A stretch of DNA of 63,702 bases, filler included, from Chiloscyllium plagiosum (Eukaryota): assembly GCF_004010195.1 (NCBI RefSeq). It is 4 parts of one record of this genome, joined end to end, with 100 filler letters (N's around TTAATTAATTAA, not from the genome) between each part and the next. Parts side by side here need not be neighbours in the genome. Positions count along the whole stretch, not along the records: positions 34,587 to 59,808 come from NC_057716.1; 3 more parts are not named here. One strand, given 5' to 3'. Below the pieces are notes generated by a model. It had not been told where the DNA came from. It did not search any database and saw only the letters and a program-made list of their open reading frames with translations. This document shows positions 35,955 to 47,699 of the stretch, piece after piece. Numbering within the stretch: the first letter of the stretch is position 1; the number at the start of each line of letters is the position of its first letter. A program made the translations under genes and the position numbers.

Positions 35955-37065
35955 ATGATAGACTGGTTAGTAAGGTTAGATCACAAGGGATTCAGGGAAA
36001 GCTTGCCAATTGGGTACAAAATTGGCTTGATGGTAAGAAACAGAGGCTGTTGGTGGGGAGTTGTTTTCTGGACTGGAGGCCTGTAACTAGTGGTGTTCCA
36101 CAGGAATTGTTGCTCAATCCACTGTTATTTGTCATTTATAGAAACGATTTGGAGGAGAAGTGTGGTTAATAAGTTTGTGGATGACACCAACATTAGTAGC
36201 ATAGTCAACAGTGAGGAAGGTTATTTAAGTTTGCAAAATCAAGATCAAATGGGTCAATAGGCTGAGGAATAGCAGATGGAGTTTAATTTGTATAAATGCA
36301 AGATGTTACATTTAGGTAAAACAAACAAGGGCAGGACTCGTGCAGTTAATGGTAGGGCCCTGGGGAGTGTTGTCGAACAGAGACCTCAGGGTTCAGGTAC
36401 AGAGTTCTTTGAAAGTTGCATCACAGGTAGACAGGATGGTGAAGAAGGCATTTAGCATACCTGCCTTCACACTCAGACTGTTGAGTATAGGAGTTGGGAC
36501 GTCATCTTGAGGTTGTACAGGAAATTGGTGAGGCCACTTTTGGGATATTATGTACAGTTCTGGTCGCCCTGTTATAGGGATGATATTATTAAATTGATGA
36601 AGATTTAACAAAGATTTACAAGGTTTCCAGGACTGCAAGATTTGAGTTATGAAGAGAGGCTGGATAGACAGGGACTTATTTCCCTGGAGCGTAGGAGGTT
36701 GAGGGGTGACTTTATGGAGGTTTATAAAATCATGAAGGGTATAGATAAGGTGAAAAGCAAAGGTTTTTTTTTCCTTAGGGTGGGGGATTTCAAAACTAGG
36801 TAGCATATTTTTCTTAGGTGAGAGCAGAAAGATTTAGAAGGTATCTGAGGGGTAACCTTTTCACTCAGAGGGTGGTTCATGTGTGGGAATGAACTGCCAG
36901 AGGAAGTAGTAGAGGTAAGTATTGTTACAACAATTAAGAGATATTTGGACAGATACCACAATAGGAAAGATTTAGAGGGATATGGAACAAACGCAGGCAA
37001 ATGAGACTAGATTAGTTTAGGAACATAGTCAGTGGTTGGACCCTGCTATATGACTCTCTGACTCT
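35955..37065 (+). mobile_element. CR1 RT/3' fragment
   Basis: WVQNWLDG...TSGVPQ, KFVDD, 3' tail ctatatgactctctgactcta. Confidence 0.88.
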
Positions 37066-37517
37066 ACAACTGACCCATGGGGATAGACTGTAGCTTGTCC
37101 ATCAGTGTCTTTAGGGGTGGAGGAGAGGGGATGGGGTGAGATCTGGTCAATCATTGGCTGGAGGGCAGTGTGAAGATTCCAGGATAGTCATTGGCTGGAG
37201 TCACTGTGTGGGAGGGGCCAAGAAGTCATCAGCCTGGAATTCAGTCCTTCATCTTCTCAACTCCCAGGAATTATCCGTGACCTTCCTGCCAACCTGTTCC
37301 CCCATTCCCCGCGGCTCAACACCACCAGATGTCCATCAGCTCCCCTGGAGGAGCTGGCTCACCCTCCCCTTGCTCCAGCTCCCCCTCCTTTCATCTACCC
37401 CACCCCCTGTCTCCTGAAATCCCCTTCCCCATCCCTAGCCCCCTTCCCCCCCGTCCCNNNNNNNNNNNNNNNNNNNNNNNNNNNNNNNNNNNNNNNNNNN
37501 NTCACTGAGAGATTTAC

Positions 37518-37630
37518 CTTAAACCAGAGAATGTCTGGTAAGGGTTTCCCTTCGACCACCACAGCCAGTCTTGCTGTCTCCTCTGGCCTCACCACCATGT
37601 CCTCCATGATGGACTCAAACCGCGGAGCCT
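37518..37630 (-). CDS. SPEG: SPEG coding exon ([38 protein letters not shown])
   Basis: Acceptor tgtgttgcAG, donor AAG|GTAAAT; 113 bp, phase 1/0; near-identical to [15 protein letters not shown]...[11 protein letters not shown]. Confidence 0.95.
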
Positions 37631-38504
37631 CTGCAACACAACGGCTTTCGCTCAAGAACAGGCGAACAATCCAGAAGCGGGTTTTGGATTCACGGAATTA
37701 CACTCCCCCACCCCAACTCGCGGAGGGAAATCAGGGCCCTGCACTGAAGGAGGGAACTCTTGTGGGGTCCAAAAAATAACCAAGGGGGACATCCTTCACT
37801 TCAGAGCCGTCCCCTCCTCACCTTCGGCACAGACACTCCCTCGCTCGAGAAGGGCACTGGTGTCAGTCATAGCCTCCTGGGTCCTGAGAGGTTGTCGGGA
37901 TTTGAGCGCTACCCCCCCCACCCCAATCTCCTGACCGTCCCAGTGCCCAAGCTGGTCATAGAAACTCGATGTTGATGCCAGCAGTACCCTTTGTGGACTT
38001 TAAACCAGTCTGATCCTTGGTTGGGATCTGAGGGATCTCACCGTCACCATTTCATAGGATCAGGATGGCACAGAAAGAGCCATTCAGCCCATCATTTTGA
38101 AGGTGAGCAGGGGAGCTTTACCTAGTATATCCCTTCACGAAAGTGAGAAAACGATGGACTACATGACTGTTCGGTGTCCATGGGCTCACTCTCTGCACAC
38201 ATACATAGTGATGTTTTCTTACTCTGGTGACAACACGTCCGGAAACAAATAGCCAACTGGTGCTCCAGCACCAATTAAATAATGACCAACAGTTAAGGGT
38301 AAAGCTCTATTTGTAATGCTGGTGACTGACTGGCTAATCATATCAAGCGGCATGCTCCACACAACGTACTGCGTACACCCAGCCAGTCTGTACTGCTAAT
38401 ACTCAAAACCCTGTCTCCAGCACAGCTGTGATTTAGGCATTGGACAGCATTTGCTGAATAATCCCAAGTATGCTGAGAATGACGTCAGAGCCCTGTTTGC
38501 TTTG

Positions 38505-38810
38505 CTTTTTTATTCATTCATGGGATGACGGCATCCCTGGCCAGGCCAGTATTTATTGCCCATCCATAATTGCCCAGAGGGCAGCTAAGAGTCAACCACA
38601 TTGCTGTGGGTCTGGAGTTAAATGTAGGCCAGACCAGGTAAGGATGGCAGTTTCCTTCCCTTAAGGACATTAGTGATCCGGAGACTCTTAATTCCAGATA
38701 TTTAGTGAATTCAAATTTCACCATCTGCTGTGGCAGGATTTGAACCCAGGTCCCCTGAACATTATCTGGGTTGATAGTCCAGTGATAATACCACTAGGCC
38801 ATTGCCTTCC
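38505..38810 (-). mobile_element. Second tRNA-derived SINE family
   Basis: Homologous to 25150-25478; B-box gggttcaaatcc on the minus strand. Confidence 0.8.
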
Positions 38811-39127
38811 CTAATTTCAGTAGTCAGTGGGGCTAGCAGTGTGGTGCATTTACACACATTGGAAGCTGTACATATTGATGTAGAGCAACCTGCTCTTTGT
38901 GAACTGAAGGACCATGAACACGCACCGAGCCTATATCAACTCAACAAAACAAACAACAGCCCCATTAGATTTGCCGAGGTTTCCAGCACAGAAAAGGGCC
39001 ATTCAGCCCGTTGAGTCTGTACTCTGTCAAAAATATTCTGGTTTATTTCTCAAGACAACACTTTGAGAAATCAGAGTCAACCAGCCTGGTTTAAATTTAA
39101 ACAAAGCTCAGCAGTTAACTGTCAGTC

Positions 39128-39323
39128 ATCAACTAATTAGTTGAAAGTGAGGACTGCAGATGCTAGAGATCAGAGTCGACAGTGTGGTGCTGAAAAGGCA
39201 CAGCCGGTCAGGAAGCATCCGAGGAGCAGGAATGAAGGGATTTTGCCTGAAACGTCGATTCTCTTGCTCCTCGGATGCTGCCTAACGTGCTATGCCTTTC
39301 CAGCACTACACTATCAACTAATT
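39128..39323. mobile_element. Short Penelope-derived foldback insertion with 11-bp TSD
   Basis: TSD atcaactaatt at 39128-39138 and 39313-39323. Confidence 0.78.
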
Positions 39324-39611
39324 GATGTACATTTTCATGGCAACACCTCTACCAATCAGAGTCGACTTGCAAACCAATCAGTGCTCTCTTCCCATGCTGT
39401 ATAAATATTGTTTTCTCTTTATGTTTGTATTTATTATGTCTGAAGGAGTTTAAGACAAAAATACCAAGAAAATGTGCCTCTTACCATTAAAATTCAATTT
39501 CAGGAGGTTTTGTAAAGTTTTTGGAATGTACTAAGGATGTTATAGCAAATGCAAATTCCTCTTATTTGACAGCGACTAATTTCTGAGGAAACAAGGAGAG
39601 AAGCTGCATAC

Positions 39612-39784
39612 CTGCCAGAAGCAGAGATATCCGACAAGAATCCTCTCCATGTTCGTTTCTGGCTGTGACCATTATCTCTCCAACATCAGCCTTTCCAACT
39701 TTCACAATCTTCAGCATATGTTGATCATCATCAGGCATGCTTAGCTCGTAGACCCGAGGTTTATTGGTCAACTCCACGCCATTC
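39612..39784 (-). CDS. SPEG: SPEG coding exon (KNGVELTNKPRVYELSMPDDDQHMLKIVKVGKADVGEIMVTARNEHGEDSCRISLLLA)
   Basis: Acceptor caatctacAG, donor G|GTATGC; 173 bp, phase 2/1; VYELS-x-PDDDQ motif as in SPEG. Confidence 0.93.
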
Positions 39785-40316
39785 CTGTAGATTGTCAACC
39801 AGGTAAGAGTGAGATAATCTCTATAACCAGCATTCCACAGCGTGGCCAGGATTGAAGGGTTTGAGCTACAGGGAGACGCTGTATAGGCTGGGGCTGTTTT
39901 TCCTAGAGCATTGGAGGTTTATATAATCATGGGGGGCATGGATAGAGTGAATAGACAAGGTCTCTTCCCTGGGGTGGGGGAGTCCAGAACTAGAGGGCAT
40001 AGGTTCAATGTGAGAGGGGAAAGAAATGGCTGATGAACTAAATTCATCTGTCTCTGTCTTTGTAAAGAAGAACACTAATAACATGCCAGAAATAATGGGA
40101 ATCACAGGGCTTAGAGAGAGGGAGGAATGAAGTAAAGCTGTATTAGTACAGAAATGGTGTTGGAGAAATTGATGGAATTGAAGGCTGATAAATTTCCAAG
40201 GCCTGATAATCTACATCTCAATCTACTTAAGGAAGTGGCATTAGTAATAGTGGATGCATTGGTGGTCATCTTTGAAGATTCTTTTGATTCTGGAACAGTT
40301 CCTACAGATTGGAATT

Positions 40317-40740
40317 AAGTGAGGATTGCAGATGCTGGAGAGGCAGAGTTGCAACATGTAACGCTGGAAAAGCACAGCAGGTCAGGCAGCATCCAAGGAG
40401 CAGGAGAGTTGGCATTTCAGGCATAAGCCCCTCATCAGGAGGAATGTGTGTTTTAGGTGAGGGGGGGCATGCATAAGGGGGCTGAGAGATAGATAGGAGG
40501 GTGGGGCTGGGGGGAGGTAGCTTGGAAAGTGATAGGTGGATACAGTTGGGGAGTGATGGTAATAGGTCAGAGTGGAGGCTGGAGCAAATAGGTTAGAAGG
40601 AAGGTGGACAGGTCCAGCGGGTGCTGCTGAGTTGGAAGGTTGAATCTGGGATGAGGTAGGGGGGTGGGGAGATGAGGAAATTAGTGAAATCCACATTGAT
40701 GCCATGTGGTTGGAGGATCCCAAGGCGGAAGACGAGGCAT
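40317..40740 (-). mobile_element. Penelope-like element terminal region with hammerhead-like motif
   Basis: aagtgaggattgcagatgctgg...catttcaggcataagcccctcatcagg, followed by a G-rich segment homologous to 45-215. Confidence 0.7.
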
Positions 40741-40864
40741 CAACACCAATTTCACCATTTTCCTCATCTTCCCTCCCCCCACCATGTTGTGCTTTTCCTC
40801 CTTAAAGACACTTCTCAGGTTCGGCAAAATGTTTTGCTATCTTATCCACTAACCCGGTGTTGAA

Positions 40865-42075
40865 TTATTTTTAAATTTATTCAGAGGATGTGGGCATCAC
40901 TGGCTGGGCCAGCATTTACTGCCCATCCCCAGTTGTCCCCTTGAGGGGGTGGTGGTGAGCTGCCTTGTTGAACTGCTGCAATCCCACAATGCCCTTAGGT
41001 AGGGAATTCCAGGATTTTGACCCAGTGACACTGAAGGAACGGTGATGTATTTCCAAGTCAGGATGCTGAGTGGCTTGGAGGGGAGCTTGCAGGGGGTAGT
41101 GTTCCTTCTCGATGGAAGTGGTTGTGGGTTTGGAAGGTGCTGTCTGAGGATCTTTGGCGAATTTCTGCAGCATATCTTGTAGGTGGTACACACTGATGCC
41201 ACTGAGCATCGGTGGTAGAGGGAGTGAATGCTTTGTTCCGGATGGTGTCAAGCTTCTTGAGTGTTGTTGGGAGTTGCACCCATCCAGGCAAATGGGGAGT
41301 ATTCCATCACATCAGCCATTATTGAATGGCAGAGCAGACTCGATAGGCTGAATGGCCCAATTTCTGCTCCTTTGTCTTGTAAATGGTGCCTTGTAAATGG
41401 TGGACAGGCTTTGAGGAGTCAGGAGGTGAGTTACTCACTGCAGTATTCCCAGCCTCTGACCTGCTCTTGTAGCCATTGTATTTAGCTGGTCCGGTCAGTT
41501 TCTGGTCAGTGGTAACCCCCAGGATGTTGATAGTGGGGGAACTCAGTGATGGTGACACCATTGAATGTCAAGGGTGCGGTTAGATTGTCTCTTATTTTCA
41601 ATGATTATTGCCTGGCATTTGTGTGGCACAAATGTTACTTGCCACTTGTCAGCCCAGCCTGGATATTGTCCAGATCTTGTTGCATTTGAACATGGACTGC
41701 TTCAGTATCTGAGGAGTTGCGAATGATGCTAAACATTGTGCAATGATCAGTGAACATGCCCACTTCTGATCTAATGATGGAGGTAAGGTCATTGCTGAAG
41801 ATGGTTGGCCCTAGGACACTACCCTGAGGAACTCCTGCAAAGATGTCCTGGAGCTGAGATGACTGACCTCCAACAACCACAACCATCAGCTTTGACAAAG
41901 GGTCAGTTAGACTCGAAACGTCAGCCCTTTTCTCTCCTTACAGATGTTGCCAGACCTGCTGAGATTTTCCAGCATTTTCTCTTTTGACCACAACCATCTT
42001 CCTATGTGCCAGGTGTGACTCCAACCATGGAGAGTTTGCCCTGATACCTATAGATTCCAATTTTACTAGGGATTT
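40865..42075 (-). mobile_element. Second LINE family (CR1/L2 group) RT plus 3' end
   Basis: AGVPQGSVLGPTIFS, GMFTDHCT (FADD-like), QQDLDNIQA; its 3' tail is shared with the second SINE family. Confidence 0.8.
41876..41998 (+). mobile_element. Short Penelope-derived insertion (third variant) with 12-bp TSD
   Basis: TSD accacaaccatc at 41876-41887 and 41987-41998; degenerate ttgacaaagggtc..gactcgaaacgtc hammerhead-like core. Confidence 0.65.
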
Positions 42076-42159
42076 TTTATTGAATGAGTGAACTGGATAT
42101 CAAGCAACTCTCTGCTCTCACATCCAATATTCTTCCCATCCCTTCATTGAGTGGCGGAG

Positions 42160-42485
42160 AGGCTATGAATCCTGACTCCCCAAAGTCTATCCACTATCTA
42201 CAGACACAAATCAGGAGTATGAGGGAATGCTCCTCATTTGCCTGGATGAGTGCAGTTCCAACAACACTCAGGAAGCTCGACATCATCCAGGAGAAAGCAG
42301 CCCACTTGATTGGCACCACATCCACAACCATCCACTCCCTCCACCAATGATGCTCAGTGGCATCAGTGTATACCATCTACAAGACGCATTGCAGAAATTC
42401 ACCAAAGATCCTCAGACAGCACCTTCCCAAACCACAACCACTTCCATCTAGAAGGACAAAGGTAGCAGATATATGGGAACACCAT
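42160..42485 (+). mobile_element. Second LINE family 3' fragment
   Basis: AWMSAVPTTLRKLDIIQEKAAHLIG. Confidence 0.75.
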
Positions 42486-42578
42486 TCGCTGTCAGATACA
42501 GTGGAATTTCTCTCCAAGCCTGTCTCTGACACTCTCCCACTCACACGCAGAAGCACAGGCAGTGTAGCTTGCTCTTAC

Positions 42579-42702
42579 TTTGTCCATGACACATCTGCCT
42601 GTACGTAGTTCAGTGTACAGGTAATACAGCTGCTCTGATCTTCCACTGCAAACACTACATCTGGTTTGTCAATAAAACATGGAACTTCTTCCAGATAGGG
42701 AC
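42579..42702 (-). CDS. SPEG: SPEG coding exon (GPYLEEVPCFIDKPDVVFAVEDQSSCITCTLNYVQADVSWT)
   Basis: Not in the ORF track. Acceptor cctttccgcAG, donor AA|GTAAGA; 124 bp, phase 1/2; in frame with both neighbours. Confidence 0.92.
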
Positions 42703-42814
42703 CTGCGGAAAGGATGAAAGAGCCAGTATCAATGTCTGTCCTTGTCAGTCCTCACTCAGCACTCCCAGCTCAGAGCTAGCCAAATCAACTCTGAAGACTT
42801 GAAAACAAATGGAG

Positions 42815-43930
42815 TCCTTACAGTGCAGACAGAGGCCATTCAGCCCATTAAGCCTGCACCAGCCCTCCGAAGAACATCCCAACCAGACCCGTTCCCCCAC
42901 CCTACCTCTGTAAGCCTGTATTTCCCATGGCTAACCCACCTAGCCTGATCAGAAGTCACACAACACCAGGTTATAGTCCAAGCTTGTGATTTCAAATAAG
43001 CCTGTTGGACTATATCCTGGAGTTGTGTGATTTCTGACCTTGTCCATCCCCAGTCCAACACCAGTACCTACACATCATGGCCACCCAGCCTGCACATCCC
43101 TGGACACTATGGGCAATTTAGTGTGGTCAACCCACCCTAATCTGCACATCCCTGGGCACAATGGGTAATTTAGCACAGCCAATGCACCCTAACCTGTACA
43201 TGCCTGGGCACTAAGGGGAATTTAGCATGGACAATCCCATCCTAACCTGCACATCCGTGGACAATTTCGCATGGCCAATTCCACCCTAACCTGCACATCC
43301 CTGGACACTATGGGCAGTTTAGCATGACCAATTCACCCTAACTTGTACATCCCTGGGCACAATGGGTAATTTAGCATGGCCAATGCCCCCTAACCTGAAC
43401 ATCCCTGGGCATTATGGGGAATTTAGCATGGGCAATCCCACACTAACCTGCACATCCCTGGATACTATGGGCAATTTAGTCTGGCCAACCCACCCTAATC
43501 TGCACATCCCTGGGCACAATGGGTAATTTAGCATGGCCAATGCATCCTAACCTGCACATCCCTGGGCATTATGGAGAATTTAAGCATGGCCAATCCCACG
43601 CTAACCTGCACATCCCTGGACACTATGGGGATGGCTAACCCACCCTAACCTGCATATCCCTGGACACTCTGTGCAATTTAGCTTGGTCAACCCACCCTAA
43701 CCTGCTCATCCCTGGGCACTATGGGGAACTTAGCATGGGCAATCCCACCCTAACCTGCACATCCCTGGACACTATGGGCAATTTCCCATGGCCAATCCAC
43801 ATAACCTGCACATCTTTGGACTGTGAGACGAAACCCATGCAGAAACGGGGAGAATGTGCAGACTCCACACAGACAGCCACCCGAGGCAGGAATTGAACCC
43901 AGATCCCTGGTGCTAACAGTGAGACACCGT
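42815..43930 (-). mobile_element. HE1-type SINE with an internal 53-55 bp tandem expansion (43080-43810) and a Penelope-derived insert (about 42945-43080)
   Basis: SINE tail at 42815-42945, head at 43810-43930; about 13 copies of ccaccctaacctgcacatccctggacactatgggcaatttagcatggccaat. Confidence 0.85.
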
Positions 43931-44234
43931 GACTAGATTCTAAACATACACTTCAGGATGTTGTGAAGTCGGGAATGGTGGTGCAGAAATTACTTTCCAA
44001 TATTGTCATAGAGAAGCAACACAGACAGAAACAGAAGGAGGCCATTCTGCCCCTCAAAACTAATGCACCAGTCAAGAGCTTTTACTTCGCCTCAACTTTC
44101 CTATCTATCCACTGATTCCCTCAATATCCAAAATTATATTGATTTCCGTCCGAATATATCGAACATTGCTTGAGAATGTTTCAAAATTGTAGACTGTGCT
44201 GCTGGGAAAAACAACCCTTTCAGTATCTTTTAAT

Positions 44235-44960
44235 TAATTGACTGGATATGGGTGTCACTGGCTGGGCCAGCATTTACTGCCCATTCCTAGTTGCCCACTT
44301 GAGAAGGTGGGGATGAGCTGCCATCTTGAACCGCTGCTGTCCATGTGCTGTAGGTAGAACCACAGTGCCATTAGGGAGGGAATTCCAGGATTTTAACCCA
44401 GTGTCACTGGAGGATGGATATTTTCAAGTCAGGATCGTGAGTGGTTTGGAGGGGAACTTAAAGATGGTGGTGTTCCCATTTATCTTTTTCTAAAATCACT
44501 CACGGGATGTAGGCAACTCCGGCCAGGCAAATATTTATTGCCCATCACTAATTACCCAGAGGGCAGTTAACAATCAACCCCATGGCTGTGGGTTTGGAGT
44601 CACGTGTAGGCTAGACTAGGTAAGGATGGCAGCTTCCTTCCCTAAAGGACATGAATAAACCCAATGGGTTTTTCCAACAATCAACAGTGGATTCACAGTC
44701 ATCATTAGACTCTTAATTCCATAAATAAATTTTATCTATTGAATTCAAATTCCACATCTGCTGTGGCAGGACTTGAACCCAGGCTTCTGGAATGTGAGCT
44801 GAGTTTTTGGATTAATAGTTTATTGATAATATTGCTAGGCCATTGTCTCCCCTTATCTGCTGCCCTTGATAGAAGTGGTTGTGGATTTGGAAGGTGCTGT
44901 CTGAGGATCTTTGGTGAATTTCTGCAGTGCATCTCGGAGATAGCACACACTACTGCTACT
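44235..44960 (-). mobile_element. Second LINE family 3' end interrupted by its partner SINE (44490-44850)
   Basis: Homology to 40865-41220 and 25150-25478. Confidence 0.75.
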
Positions 44961-45240
44961 GAGATCTACCCTTGTTAAGATCTCAAGAATTTTGCACATT
45001 TGATCTAAACTCCAGACAATGTGGAACTTTTGAGAGCGCAATGCTGACTTTGAAATGAAACTGTGAGTGCCAGAGCAGATCTGTGCTCCGCTATTGGGAG
45101 TGTCTTCTCCGTATCAATTCTGTTGATCTCCAAAGATCTCAACCAGGTCATTCTTGATTCTAAAGGATACAGCACTAAGCCATTTCAATGCTTCCTGACT
45201 AGCATAACTTCTCAGTTCCAGTGTAATCCTATTAAATAAG

Positions 45241-45665
45241 GGTTGGCACGGTGGCTCAGTGGTTAGCACTGCTGCCTCACAGCACCAGGGACTCAGTGCG
45301 GAGTTTTCACATTCTCCCTGTGTCTGCGTGGGTTTCCTCCCACAGTCCAAAGATGTGCAGGTTAGGTGGGTTAGCCATGTGAAATGCAGAGTTACAGGGA
45401 TAAGGTAGGAAAATCGACGTTTCAGGCAAAAGCCCTTCATGAGTCCTGATGAAGGACTTTTGCCCGAAACGTCGATTTTCCTATTCCTCGGATGCTGCCT
45501 GACCTGCTGTGCTTTTCCAGCACCACTCTAATCTAGACTCTGATTTCCAGCATCTGCAGTCCTCACTTTTGCTACAGGGATAGGGTAGGCAAGTGGATCT
45601 GGGGGGGACACTCTTCGGAGGGTTGGTGTGGACTCAATGGGCTGCTTCCACAGTGTGGGGGAATT
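45241..45665 (+). mobile_element. HE1-type SINE containing a Penelope-derived hammerhead insertion (45393-45589)
   Basis: TSD tacagggata(a/g)ggtagg at 45393-45409 and 45573-45589; CTGATGA at 45446-45452, GAAA at 45466-45469. Confidence 0.82.
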
Positions 45666-46030
45666 CTTAAAACAAATCGAGATTGAACTTTACCTCGTGC
45701 TTCTTACTACTTTTCTCAATATGGAGACCAGAACTGCATAGCACACAGACTGCAGCGCTTCAAGAAGGCAGCTCACCCTCACCTTCTCAAGGGCCACCAG
45801 GGACGCATAATAAATACTGACCCAGCCAGCGATACCCATTTCCGGTAAAAAGGATAAAACTGTCCATTGTGATCGAACGAAAGTCTGGTATAAGTTTAAC
45901 TGCTTTGCATTCCATTCATTGAGAAAGGAAGCCAGTCCTAGGTTTTGTTTTTAGATGTGTCACTTCGTTCCCTTCTCCCCTGCCCGTGTGATATTCTGTC
46001 ACCCAGTCACACTGCAGATGGGCTGCTTAC

Positions 46031-46237
46031 CTCTGTCCAATAGTTTAACAAGCTCTGAGATGGGAGAGGGCTTGCTGCAGCTCTTTGATGTGGTGCTCTG
46101 GATCCTGAATACGTACTGGATGCCTTTGTTCAGCGATTGGATGGTATAGCTGGTGTCCTTGATGTTGGCTTTCAGGACGTGCCACTGGTGTGTGCCCACC
46201 ACCTGGCTTTGAATAACATAGGTCAGTGTGGCAGGAT
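46031..46237 (-). CDS. SPEG: SPEG coding exon (FN3: DPATLTYVIQSQVVGTHQWHVLKANIKDTSYTIQSLNKGIQYVFRIQSTTSKSCSKPSPISELVKLLDR)
   Basis: Acceptor ttactttgcAG, donor G|GTAAGC; 207 bp, phase 1/1; FN3 L-x-x-G-x-x-Y-x-F-R motif. Confidence 0.94.
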
Positions 46238-46271
46238 CTGCAAAGTAAGAGGGGAGAACCATCACCAACGT

Positions 46272-46533
46272 GCACTCACTCTCACACACACTCATACACG
46301 CACTCATCCACCCGCTCTTACACACACACTCACCCACAAACACACACTCTCATATTGCCCACACATTCTCTTTCTCATACTGACGCACACACACTGTCTC
46401 TCGTACTGACACACATACACTCTCTTGTACTGACACACACACACTCTCTCGTACTGACACATATGCACACACGCTCTCATATTGACACATACACGCTCTC
46501 GCATACTGACACACACACACACACACACACGCA
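46272..46533. repeat. CA-rich minisatellite (ctcgtactgacacacacacact-like)
   Basis: Direct inspection. Confidence 0.8.
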
Positions 46534-46769
46534 CAAAAAATGGGTGCAGGTCGAGGGGGCAGTTTATAATAATGAATTCTTGACTCAGTGTTCCTGAGGT
46601 CACAGTTAGAATGTGGGTTTCTGACCTCTACTTCGGAAGATTGGAAAATATTGCAGGGAGTTTCCAGATCCTAGTTTTCCATGTCTCGTTGATTAGTACA
46701 GTATGATCAATGGGGTAAATCATCTACTGGTGGGTGGGTGGGTGAGTGTGTCCAGCTGTGGTCTAACTA

Positions 46770-47180
46770 ATGTCTTGTATAGTTTTGGCAAAACGTCCCC
46801 TTTTTTAAACCTATTTCTTTTGTAATAAAGGTGCACATTCCACTTGCCTTCCCTGTTACCCATTGAACTTGGATGTTACCTTTTAGTGATTTATCCACAA
46901 GGATTCCCAAACCACTTTGTTGTGTAGCTTTCTGCAGTCTTTCAGCACTTAAATAATATTCAGCTCCTCTGTTGTTCCTGCCAATGTGAATAACCTCACA
47001 TTTTCTCAATCATATTCCAACTGCTAAAGTTTTGCCCCTTCACTTCCCCTGTCCATATCCCTCTGCAGAGTCTTTGCATCATCCTTACCACTGGCCTTCC
47101 CACCTATTTCTGTACCTTTCACAAACCTGGCGATAGTACGTTCCCTTGCCTCATCCAGGTTATTATATATATTGTAATGT
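46770..47180 (-). mobile_element. Old CR1 RT fragment
   Basis: KCEVIHIGRNN..., ARFVKGTEIGG. Confidence 0.75.
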
Positions 47181-47699
47181 CTTTGGTGGGGGGGTTCGAT
47201 AAAGTCTCTCCTTTGAGCCTTAAGACACCAAAGACCAATCCCTGAAGCTGCTGCAAATACCAGCTGAAGCAGGAGGAGACAGGACATGGAGAGAAGGAGC
47301 AGGTTCTTTCATCGACTGGATGTGACTGACAAGTGATGCACAGGGACTCTGTTTTGGGACCTCATCCATTCACAAGATTTATTAATAATGTAGATGATGG
47401 AATATTTAGAGAAATCAATGGATTTGGGGCTCTTGTGGAAAAATGGTTTTGAGAAAGAGGATCTGCTGTGATCTAGCTGAGTGGCAGAGCAGTCCTGATG
47501 GGCTGAATGGACTCTTCTATCTCCTATGAAGTGAAATCCCCTTGTAATATAACAGCAGTGGTGACTAACTTGTGCAGGGCAAAAGAATGGTGCCAATGAT
47601 CATGCCAATTGTTCTTTGTGATGTTGATCAAAAGGGTAAAGAATGTCAGTGTCACCAAGGAGAGCTACCATGCCCTTGTTTCTATCTTTTATAGTCACC

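Noticed and set aside
43080..43810. Interstitial telomeric repeat (ccctaa)
   Set aside because: Single CCCTAA per 54-bp SINE-derived unit, not tandem TTAGGG.
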